Source: Octopus bimaculoides
Lineage: Eukaryota
Length of the DNA: 64,000 nt
Reading direction: 5' to 3'
Assembly: GCF_001194135.2 (NCBI RefSeq)
Contig: NC_068999.1
Location: forward strand, 23,544,704 to 23,608,703
The notes beneath the pieces were generated by a model. It searched no databases and was not told the origin of the DNA. It was given only the letters and a program-made list of their open reading frames with translations. Position numbers and translations under genes: made by a program. Positions 53,185 to 64,000 of the stretch are shown here, piece by piece (the first letter of the stretch is position 1; every line of letters starts with the position of its first letter).

Positions 53185-53755
53185 AGAGGCAAGTGGTGAA
53201 GTATTTTGGGACCATATTCACAAATGATGGGAGACAAGCAGCTGAATTCGATGTCAGAATTGCAGGTGCTGACACAGTAATGCACCAGTTCCTGCATTTG
53301 ATTCAATTTGGTTTTTATGCCTATCATCACCTGTGGTCAATAGTATTGGTAATGACTGAAAGAGTACAATCTCAAATACAAGCAGCTGAAATGGGGTTCT
53401 TGCAAAAGATTCCTTGATTAACATTACTCTATGGGGTGAGTAGCTCAGAGATCAAGGAGTCTCTTGTGATTGAATCACTGCTTCTCTTCATTTAGAGGTC
53501 ACAACTCCTCTACTATGGACATGTGGTTAGAATACTGCAGGAATGGATCACAAGACAGATTCTTCAAACTGAGCCAACCAGCAGGAGACCTAGGGGTAGA
53601 CCAAGACTGAGATGGTTGGCTAATATCATTATCTTGATTGTTCACACTTTGAAATCCAGTAAGAAAGTATAATAATGGTTGCTTTTGATAGGACCTCATG
53701 GTGGAGGTGCCTGCAGACTCTCAGAAACAGTGTGCTGTGAAAATGGATGGATGGG
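53185..53755 (+). mobile_element. RTE-clade LINE 3' end (different family)
   Basis: KYFGTIFTNDGR...RI; SQIQAAEMGFLQKI; RSQLLYYGHVVR...RRPRGRPRLRWL; ends in an (ATGG)n tail. Confidence 0.85.
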
Positions 53756-55984
53756 TGTATACAACTCTTCACTTTTTTTCTTTCATATTAGAAAAATATA
53801 TGGAACAAAAACAATTTTTTAAATTGTCCATAAATGAGGATAAATTTCATACATAAAATCATAGTCTTGTTCAAATTTAATATATAGAAACATAGTTAAT
53901 CTTGCTGTGTAAATTTTATTAAAACTGCTATTTAAGTGCTGAGATTGATGCCCTAAGCATGTCAATCTCCAGCATCCTGATGAATAAGTTACCAAACACT
54001 TGTTAAGTTTGAGTTTCGACATCAAATTTTTATACAGCCTGACTAAATGCATTTTCACTTATGATGTTTATTCACTAACTTGCTGATCATGTAGTCATTC
54101 TTACCAATCATAAATGAGGACCTCTCTTCTATTTTCCAATCAGAAAAATCACACAATTCATCAACATGAGATCACTTTTACTACCAATCAGTTAGTTCTG
54201 TTCTGTCCATGAATATCTAGACTGATGCTTATCTCTAGTCTATGTGATATGAAAGGTTATTCTCCCCATATAAGATGCTAGTCTATTGAAGGTCTGTAAT
54301 TTTCTTATCAGATAACTGAACTCAGCACTCAAAGATAACAAACCGTTTATTAATTTTACAATGTTCTTGCTGCTTACAACAGTGACCTGTATGATACTGT
54401 TATACTTAGAAACAGAGAGACTCCAAGGTTGTTTTTTTTTTATGAGTTTGTCAGAGAATGAATGACAATGTTTATTACCTTGCTCATTAAGACTAATGAT
54501 ACCCAGTTTGAGCATCTATTGGTCAATATCTTCAACATATGCTGATAACTGAAGAACTAGCAATCTGGTGCAAATACTTCTATCTAAATGAATGCTGCTA
54601 AACATATCCAAGGATATGGTAGTGATGTTAAACCAGGAAACATATTAAGGATAGCACCCAGCTGGATGTCTACCCAAGTGCTAGAGACTTGAGTGACATG
54701 GTTATAGATACAATGCATTGTGAATAACATAGGATGAAGCACCCATCTTAAATATATTTAATTTTTATAAATTATTTTTATATGTTCTATGTATCTGATG
54801 ATATTAATAGCTATTTGTGATATCTATATCACACTACACATTGACTACAAGCACAATGAGAGAACCCCTGTGAGGTTGCTTGACCTGTAAGAAATAGCAA
54901 ATAAATACCTATAGCCAAGTCACTCAATTCTCTAGCATTTGGAAAAATCACATACTATTATTTTTTTTTTTTTTTTTTTTTCCTAATTTTTTACTTGCTG
55001 ACTCTGAAGAAGTGTCCATATCCTTCACAGATCATCTAAGGCTGGTGTATCTGAGGGCATGTTCTGTTTAAAGTGTTGCTAGTTGACACCTGAGACAGAA
55101 GCAGGAGAGGAGTTCCAGAGTGTTGAGGTTGTAAGGAAGAAAGAATTGGCAATATTCACCTCTGTTGAATTTTTATAATGAGAAACTATGCACTGACTTT
55201 TTCAATGAAATTAAGCTATAAAAATAATATTTGTATTCAAAAGGCAATTAGATTAAACACCATTTACATTCCAGATTGATAATTTATGTTAATCTGTTTT
55301 GTTTTCAAGGACAATTGGATTTATCTTTTTACTTTAAAATGATTGAAGGTAATTTATGATTTGATATAGTGGAAAATCTCTAACCTTGACACAGACACTG
55401 AATGTATTTTCAAATGATACATAATAATCTCCTATTATATTGATTAAAAAGTTGTTACTATTTTTTAAAAATTCCTCTTCTACTTATTTTAGGGAAGGTT
55501 TACAGTAATCTAGCAAATAGTTAACTGAAATATCTCTACATAAATTCACATTAGAAATTTAACTAAATTATTTAAACAATATTTCAATATGTTTAATTAT
55601 GAACTGATCACATAGATATAGCAAGCCATTCTTCCATAGGTATAAGAACATTTCATCATCATCCTCATCTCCTTCTTCTCTTCCTTCTCCTCATCATCAA
55701 TATTATCTGTTTTCCATGCTGGCATAGGTTGGGTGGGTTATCATGATCTGATTCAGTTCTTATTTGGAATAAATACCCTTTTAGATGGACTGCAAACTAC
55801 ATTACCCTCATATATTCAATTTTGAGCATTATTTCTATGACTGGATGTATTTCCTAACACTAACCATTTTACAAAGTGTACTGGGTTCATTTTATTGTGC
55901 CATCAGCATTAGAGAGGTTGTCTTCTTTTCAGCAAAGATAAAAGGTCCTCTTTACTCTATGTTGTCCCTGTTCATTTGCCAGTC

Positions 55985-56340
55985 ACTTTACAAAATTTGT
56001 CTGGTTATATTTTATTATGGCACCAAGACTAGAGTGGTTGCCCATCATCATCATCATCATCATCATCATCGTTGTCGTTTAACGTCTGCTTTCCATGCTG
56101 GCATGGGTTGGACAGTTTGACTGAGGACTGGCAAGCCAGAAGGCTGCACCAGGCACTAATCTGATCTGGCAAGCCAGAAGGCTGCACCAGGCACCAATCT
56201 GATCTGGCAAAGTTTCTACAGCTGGATGCCCTTCCTAATGCCAACCACTCCGAGAGTGTAGTAGGTGCTTTTACGTGCCATTCAGGCGGTTCTGGCAACG
56301 ACCATGCTCAAAAGATGTTTTTTTACATGCTACCTGCACG
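55985..56340 (-). mobile_element. RTE 3' UTR copy with a 39-bp internal tandem duplication
   Basis: (CAT)n tail at 56042-56070; CTGGCAAGCCAGAAGGCTGCACCAGGCAC.AATCTGAT occurs twice. Confidence 0.8.
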
Positions 56341-56535
56341 GGAGCCAGTCCAGCAGCACAGCTATATGGTAAGAAGTTTGTTTCCCAACCTCATGGTTCT
56401 GGGTTCAGCATGGTACATTCAGCAAATGTCTTCTACTATAGCCTCAGGCTGACCAAAGCCTTATGAATGGAATTGGTAGATGGACACTGAAGCCTTATGA
56501 ATGGAATTGGTAGATGGACACTGAAAGAAGCCTGT

Positions 56536-56569
<34 letters not shown>

Positions 56570-56770
56570 TGTGTGTTTATCCCCAGAACCACTTGGCAAC
56601 TGGCATTGGTGTGTTTATGACCCCTTAACTTGTGACTTTGGCAAAAGAGTCCAACAGAACGAGTACCAAGCTTACAAAAAAAAAGTACTGGAGTTGATTC
56701 ATTCAACTAAAAATTCTTCAAGATGGCACCCCAGTATGGCCACATTCTAATGACTGAAACAATTAAAAGA
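56340..56770 (+). mobile_element. SINE family A with a 34-bp internal tandem duplication
   Basis: AAGCCTTATGAATGGAATTGGTAGATGGACACTG occurs twice. Confidence 0.8.
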
Positions 56771-56845
56771 TATACGTTTGGTGAAAAAAATAGGAAAATA
56801 GAACTCAAAGCATGAATACATATTTTCTTCTTAATCATTAATTTG

Positions 56846-57052
56846 GCAAGCTGGCAAAGTTGTTAGCTGTGCAAAAATGCTTAGCTGCATTTTGTCTGTC
56901 TTTATGCTCTGAATTCAAATTCCATCGAGGTCAGCTTTGCCTTTCATCCTTTCACGGTTGATAAAATAAATACCAGTTAAACACTGGGGTTGATATAAGC
57001 AACTTACTCTGTCCCCTGAAATTGCTGGCCTCGTACCAAAACTTGAAATTAT
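56846..57052 (+). mobile_element. SINE family B
   Basis: Head GGCAAGCTGGCAAAGTTGTTAGC through tail GGCCTCGTACCAAAACTTGAAA. Confidence 0.8.
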
Positions 57053-57156
57053 TATTAATTTTCATTTTGTGTATTGGCACTTATCAAAGTAATAAGTACC
57101 AATACAGGAAACTCTCAGCCCTTGAGTCACCCTGTTGCTTCAGCTTATTAATAATG

Positions 57157-57343
57157 CTTTCAAATTTTCGCACCAGGCCAGCAATTTCAGATGAGTGGGT
57201 AAGTTGATTACATCGACCCCAGTTTTCAAATGATGAAAGGCAAAGTTGACCTTGGCAAAATTTCAACTCAGAACATAAAGACAGACAAAATGAAGTTAAA
57301 CATTTTGCCCATCGTACTATCGATTCTGCCAGTTCACTGCCTT
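57157..57343 (-). mobile_element. SINE family B, tail-to-tail with 56846-57052
   Basis: Reverse complement of family B. Confidence 0.8.
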
Positions 57344-58062
57344 CTTCTGCTTATTAATAGAATATATATATATACATCATCATTTTAGCATCCACTTTTC
57401 CATGCTTTCATGGGTTCTGACAGTTTATGGACAGATCTTTTCCGTGCATACATGCTCTTATAAATGTGTGTATACATGCACACACACACACACACACACA
57501 TACACATCATCATCATCATTATCATGATCATCCTTGTTTTACATTTGGTTGTCCATTCTGGCATGGAATCTAAGTCAGATGTTATATGATTGTATTACTC
57601 TCCAAAATGTGCCTGAGACTTCATTTTATCTGTGGCTTACATTTATAATGTGGATTCTTTGACTGAATGCTCTTTTTATCACCAACCACTTTACAGACTG
57701 TATTGTATACATTTTCAATGTGGCACTAGAGGTGTTCTCTTGTCCCTGACAACACTAAAGGGTTCTATTTATCTTGCTGTCTCCATTAATTCATTCAACC
57801 ACATAGATACACACATGCACACATATGTAAGCATCATCATCATCGTGTGTCCACATTTCCATGCCTGCTTAGAATAGTCTTTTGAGGCAGATGTTCTACA
57901 GCCAGATACCCTTCTGGTCACCAATCCTCATCTGTTTCCAAATAAGGTAATATCTCCTCATGTTTTCCCAGAATATTGGAAATGAATGACACTGCATGCA
58001 TGACATTAACACTCATTTGCAACTACTATGTGATGCCAAAACAAGGACACACACGCACACAT

Positions 58063-58099
<37 letters not shown>

Positions 58100-58449
58100 A
58101 ATGGTGGGATTCTTTCAGTTTCCATCTACCATATCTACTCACTAATTACTAGTCAATGCTGAGTGGTAGATACTTCTCCAGGGAAAGACTTAGTATTCAC
58201 AACTATCCATCTGTTACATTTCCTGGTGAATATAAAGTCTATCTGACCAAATTGGTAGGTGGATGGGTAGGTGGGTGGGTGGTTGGTTGGTTGATTGGTT
58301 TCCTGAAGTTAGTTTTGCAAATGTTTGGGTCATGTGCATTACAGGATTCCAGAAGTCTTGATCTTTCCTCATTCCTTGTTCCATAACCATGACTTCCGTG
58401 TACACCACAGAAGCTATCACCTGTTGCCTGTCAGGTCCATTAATATTGA

Positions 58450-58655
58450 TTTCAAATTTTGGACAACAATTTCAGAGGAGGGAGTAAGTCAGTTACATCA
58501 ACCCCAGTACTCAATTGCTATTTATTTTATTGACCTTGAAAGAATGAAAGGCAAAGTGGACCTCAGCAGAAGTTGAACTCAGAATGTGAAGACAGATGAA
58601 ATGCTGCTAAGCATTTCACTCCATGTGCTAACGATTCTACGAGCTGGTCGCCTTC
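58450..58655 (-). mobile_element. SINE family B
   Basis: Reverse complement of family B. Confidence 0.8.
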
Positions 58656-59614
58656 TGTCAAATCCATTTAATATCAAGAGCTAAGAAAACAAGGTCACTG
58701 TTATTTGTTATAAAGATAGTCTGAAAGAAGACCTCATAAAAGCAATCCCTTTGTTCATCTGCTAGTCCTAATTGTGGTATATATGCAGTGTTAAATGTTG
58801 CTGCTGTGCTGTCCTAAACCAGTCTAAGTTTAATTTTATCACACATTCCAACTACTTCAATTACTTTATGTATTGTTTCTGAACATCACAATCCCCTGCA
58901 GTCCCACCCTCTGGTCTCACTAACTTAAAGAGAATCAACTTACTTTCATGCTTGGCACTCTCTCACCAATCGGTATTAATGAATTATTCACCTTTTGTTA
59001 AAAAAATTATCATTTTAAAGTCCACTTTGCATGAGTCAGATTTTCTATGGCCAGATTTGCTTCATGGTGCCAACCTTCACTTGTTTCCAAGCAAGGTAAT
59101 ATTTTCCCATAGCCAGATATCTTTTATCATGGAAGACTAAACAAAAAAAATCACTTTTATGATGGTGATTCTCATTTACAACTTTCATATGATATCAAGA
59201 CAAGAACACACACACACACACAGGTGATATCATATATTCAGGAGGGAAGGCAGTCCGCATCACTTTTTATGAGACCTCTGAGACTGGTGAGAGGGAGAGT
59301 GATATCCTTAAACCAAAAACCTAACCATAATGTTTGCATGCGAGAAAGCAAAAGGACTATGATGATTGGCAAGATATTGCAAGACTCATACAAAGCCTAC
59401 CAGAAAGCTAAAACAAACAACAGACAGCAATGACAGTGGGCAGTGAGGCTGGTGGTGGTGGCTGTTGCTGCTGCTGCTGCTCATGTGTTTTTGTAAAGCT
59501 GAAAAAACTTCATCTCTTCACAAGTAATTAATGCATATGCTCTATTTAGCATATTGAATTTGCTCTTTTTCATATTTGTAAATGCAAATTCACACATTTG
59601 CTTATATATACATA

Positions 59615-59975
59615 TATAACTATAACTGGCACTCTGTCGATTACGACAATTAGGGTTCCATTTGATCCAGTCAGCAGAACAGTCTGCTTGTGAAATTAAC
59701 GTGCAAGAGGTTGCGCACTCTGCAGACATGTGTACCCTTACCGTAGTTCTCAGAGAGATTCAGCGTGACACAGAGTGTGACAAGGCTGGCCCTTTGAAAT
59801 ACAGATACAACTAATTTTTGCCAGCTGAGTGGACTGAAGCAATGTGAAATAAAGGGAAATAAAGTGGAACAACATAAAATAAAGTATCTTGCTCAAGGAC
59901 AGAACACATCAACAGGAATTGAACGCATGATGCTACAATCATGAGCCAAATACCTTAACCACTAAGCCACGCACT
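59615..59975 (-). mobile_element. SINE family D
   Basis: Shares GTGAAATTA.CGTGCAAG and TTCAGCGTGACACAG..TGTGACAAGGCTG.CCCTTTGAA with 10680-11075; tRNA-like head at 59900-59975. Confidence 0.8.
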
Positions 59976-60739
59976 TTCACACATACACACACACACACAC
60001 ATATATATATTGTTGTCTAATAGTCAGATAAAATAGGCACTCGAATATTTGACATTAGAATGGATATATTAATCAAAGTAAACAGTATTATAGACCCATG
60101 GTCCATTTCAGCCTATCTTACCAATCAGTTTCACACTGGATATAGGATAACAGGATGGTTATCCAAATATATGTGTTCTTCAGAGACTTTTCTCCCTCTG
60201 ACTCAGGTGTGTACCTACCTTTTTTTTCCACTTCCATTTGAATATTATGTATGTAGGCATACTTCAACTTCATTCAATTGATTCCAAATATCCAATTGTT
60301 AGATGAGAGATTGATAAGTGAGTGGCTAATTCTCATAGAAATAATCTTATAAGATGAGCATTTATAAGATTACATTCTCGTTATTTAGGATCAGTACATT
60401 TTGCCTGGATTTCTGAGATGAGGAATTATCATTATTATAATACATTGATGTATTTGGATTAGTGTCATCTTGTTTGATTGTTAGTCCTGTTTCAATTGTT
60501 GTATTCACCAGCTTTCTTCATGTAACTGTCATATGTGACAACATTCTCAGAATTCGAACTGTACCCTTTATTAAACCTACAGTGGTTGTAGGAAGTGCTT
60601 TAATTGTGAAAGAACATTGAAGCATTTTCTTTCAATATATTACCAATGTATTACCATAAAATAAATTTTTAAAACAATTTATATTTAAAGCTTCTAATTT
60701 TCTTTACCCAACCATCCTACAGAAAAATCGGATAGTAAA

Positions 60740-61105
60740 TCATCATCATTTAACGTCTATTTTCCATGCTGGCATGGGTTGTATGGTTTGACAGAAGCTG
60801 ACCAGCTGAAGGGCTGTTCAAGATCCATATCTGTTTTGGCATGGTTTCTAAGGCTGGATGCCCTTTCTAACACCAACCATTTTACAGAATGTACTGGGTG
60901 ATTTTGCACACCCCCGATATGGGTACTTTTTATGCAGCACCAGCACTTACCAGCCTACAGAATTAGGGATGCTCAACTGGTGAGGATTTCAAGAGACAAG
61001 CCTGTATGCAAGGGCAAATACGCCTTTACTTATCTTGATGTGTCTTTTCAAGCACAGCAAACTGCTAGGAATTTTGGTCCCCTGTCATCCCCTCTGTGAG
61101 TCCCA
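60740..61105 (-). mobile_element. RTE LINE 3' end
   Basis: Shared 3' UTR, plus an rc FAVLEK-type ORF terminus near 61045. Confidence 0.65.
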
Positions 61106-62007
61106 AGATAGTTTTATGTATCTTCGATGACACAAACTTTATGAAAAGACTCAACATGTTTAAATTGTCTTGGGTTAGAACTGTATACAGCTCCACCAGA
61201 AGATTAATTTAAAGCAATCCAAACCCTACTTTATAAAGTATTACTCCTCAGCTGAAAAATCCAAGAAGTGATCATGTGCCGGTAAAAGACATATAAACTT
61301 ATCTAAACTATGAATCAGGTATGGGCAATCATTTTCAAGAAGCAGGCCACATGAAACATGGTTCATCATCAAGTGGATCTGCACTGTTTAAAGTATTCAG
61401 TTCATATTTTAATGCACCTTATTTTTCTCATAAAGTAAGGCTACAATTTATCCATGACTATTATCATCACCATGTCTTTCAATTGCTAATTCTTCATCTA
61501 TGGTCACAAGTCCTATAGTCAATTACAGTGCCAGTCAAACTGACAGGTTTCCCTGACAAAGATTATTAAAAGTGTAGTAATTTGCTCTGGGGAAAAATCC
61601 AAAGTTGAAGTATTTTATGCCTTGCTTTCCATTCCATACTTCCATCCTGCATTCCAATGATTGTAACATTTCCACTCTTTTCCGGGCTTCAGGATTTCAC
61701 CATGACCCTGGTAGGGTAACTAACAGGTGTTATACCTTGCCAAAGAGCAACTCATGATTTTGTCCAGGACTTTTTATCAAGTACGTACAGCTAACCTGCA
61801 TGCCTACAGGCTACTGTCCTAACTGCAGACTGGTGATCTGATGGATGGTGGTTATCATCACAGCACCATGACTGATGCAAACCTTGTTATCCATAACTTT
61901 TACCTCCTTCTCTTTCTCACTATTTTCTCATAATCATTCACCTCCACCCCCACACACACACACATTGCTGTACTATTCTTCTTGTCTCATTAATAGACCA
62001 TATAAAC

Positions 62008-62366
62008 CAGTGGTTTTCAATCGGGGTTCACATGGCCCCTGCAAGTCCATATAAGATCTTAGGGGGCCCACACAACAAAATAGTAAACTGGAGATCTACA
62101 ATAGTATTTTAAGGACCCCTGTAAAAATTTTGCTTCAGATATAAGTATTGGTATGTATTGCAAGAAACAGCTAGGTTTCTTTCTCTAACATTTTACATAG
62201 TTCAACTAACAAAAGTTAATGTGTGATAAACAAAATAGGAATTTTGAAAGAAGTTTCTATAAAACTAGTTTTTAAACATCATATGGCTATGGAGTGGGGG
62301 TGGGGTCAACCAGAATAAAATAGTAATCAAAGGGGTCCATAGATAAAAAATGGTTGAGAATCCCTG
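62008..62366. mobile_element. hAT-type MITE with intact 8-bp TSD
   Basis: Termini CAGTGGTTTTCAA and TTGAGAATCCCTG; ATATAAAC duplicated at 62000-62007 and 62367-62374. Confidence 0.85.
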
Positions 62367-62722
62367 ATATAAACAATCATAAGAATGACTGTTTACACCA
62401 GATAAACTTGGACCACTTATATACACACTAGCTATCTGTAACATTTCCCCTTCATGATCTCTCTCTCATGCCCTTCTTACACTGCCCCAACATATATCCA
62501 TTCTTCTTGCACATCAAACCTTATGTATTTTCATAATTTGAACACAAGAAATGGATCAAAAATACCACACCACATTGATAGTACTTCATGCATACCGTTA
62601 ATAATTATGTAACTACTTTGCATGGCTTCAGACTCTATAATTTTATAATCACTTAATTCTCTCTTTCTCTCAATTTCTTTTTAATGATCATTTTGATTTT
62701 ATAATCACTTAATTCTTTTTGT

Positions 62723-62761
<39 letters not shown>

Positions 62762-63224
62762 TTTCCCTCATTTTATTTTTCAGTTTTTTACAGTATATTT
62801 TATAACTATAGGTCCAACATTGGAGGACCATGTGGTACATGTGATAATATGACCACCATAACAATCATACATCAATACGTTACTATCTCTATTAGAATAA
62901 ATACTGTCAACATTTATTTGTTTCTACCCAGAGTGTTCCCAAAGCTCCATAAAACTATCTATATATTTTCAGTTAATTTCCTCTTTCTACTCTTTTACCA
63001 TACTCATAGTTACCTCTAATACAAATACTTACCAACTGTCTCTTGGTCACCAAGTGATTAAAATTACTTCCCCTCGCCTGGTGAACTTAACAAATCTCAT
63101 ACTGTTTACCTATTACTCTGTTAGGGACCTCTCAATGTACAATCATGCTGCAACTGGACCCAACTTCTAAGCAGAACTTAACTCTACTCAGCTCTCTCCA
63201 CATAAGTTCTCCAAAATTAGTGTT

Positions 63225-63410
63225 CATAGGCACAGGTGTGGTTGTGTGGTAAGAAGCTTGCTTCCTAACCACATGGTTCTGGGTTCAGTCCCACTGCATT
63301 GCAGCTTGAGCAAGTGTCTTTTTCTACAACCTTGGGTCAACCAAAGCTTTCTAAATGGATTTGGTAGATGGAAATTGGAAGAAGCCTATCGTATGTGTGT
63401 GTGTGTGTGT
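63225..63410 (+). mobile_element. SINE family A 5' half
   Basis: GTGTGGTTGTGTGGTAAGAAGCTTGCTTCC...GGGTTCAGTCCC. Confidence 0.85.
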
Positions 63411-63667
63411 GTGTGTGTACATATATACATATATATATATCTACTATATATTTGTGAAAAGGGTGAACGGTGTCTCACAAGCAGTTGTGAAAGCAAAAGT
63501 GTTAATAAATATGGTTGGATTGACCTGAAAATATGTACACCTATGTTAAAAGTGGTGGGGAGTTTGCTCGATTGAAAGACGTGGCCTCTAGGGCAAAATT
63601 CTTCATATTTTAAAATGTGGCCTGAGTTGACCCAAATGAAATCAGGTTATAATACTAGTATATATCT

Positions 63668-64000
63668 ATCTATCTATATATATAAAAATGAGAATGTCTG
63701 TCTGTCTGTCTGTCTGTCTGTCTGAATCCCTAAAACTCGAGAACTACGCAACCAATTTCATTCAAATTTTACACATGCCTTACTTAGGGTTCCAGTTGTG
63801 TTTTAGTCAAAAAAAATTATTAATTTCTTGCAGAGTTCGAGCACACGGCAACATAATATCTCCTCCACTATTTAAGTATTACGTGTCAAAAGTGAAACAA
63901 AAACACTCATGTCAAATACTTTCACTTTAAAAATGAAACTATTCCACTAACTGAAACAATCACATTTCGATACTGTAGTGACAGATACTTTCACAGAGAG
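63668..64000 (+). mobile_element. Non-autonomous Helitron/Helentron-like element 5' end
   Basis: ATCTAT...ATAAAAATGAGAATG(TCTG)n AATCCCTAAAACTCGAGAACTACGCAACCAATTTCATTCAAATTT: an A-rich start, tetranucleotide microsatellite and core layout like Lep1/DINE-1-type elements. Confidence 0.55.

Noticed and set aside
54100-54195. Three CCAAT boxes suggesting an NF-Y promoter
   Set aside because: Similar TTACCAATCA motifs occur in repeat copies (43620, 60118, 18403), and there is no CpG enrichment or exon nearby.
61330-61760. Possible decayed LINE endonuclease on the minus strand
   Set aside because: Only a faint resemblance, with many stops and no diagnostic motif I can support.

Overview
AT-rich animal genomic DNA from a gapped scaffold, with 7 N-runs: 259-890, 16303-16997, 30342-30784, 35647-35840, 39188-39197, 40878-40970 and 44039-44420. 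It is packed with microsatellites and decayed transposons. The SINE families look like those of Octopus; this is recognition from memory, not a database search. Recognisable content: three tRNA-derived SINE families (labelled A, B and D here), several RTE-clade LINE fragments including a 1.8 kb frameshifted RT, a CR1 3' end, an R4/Dong-like 3' end, three Penelope-like fragments, mariner/maT/Tigger/hAT/piggyBac-type DNA elements, a Helitron-like end and a degenerate 28S rRNA fragment. No host protein-coding gene could be named. The best gene signal is a CpG-retaining island at about 12.1-16.3 kb with splice sites on both strands. There is no CRISPR array or prokaryotic system, and I cannot demonstrate a novel system. 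The best leads are two near-perfect hairpins (14415-14486 and 47165-47413), a non-coding retroelement sharing the RTE 3' tail, and the CpG island with candidate exons. SINE and LINE boundaries are approximate.
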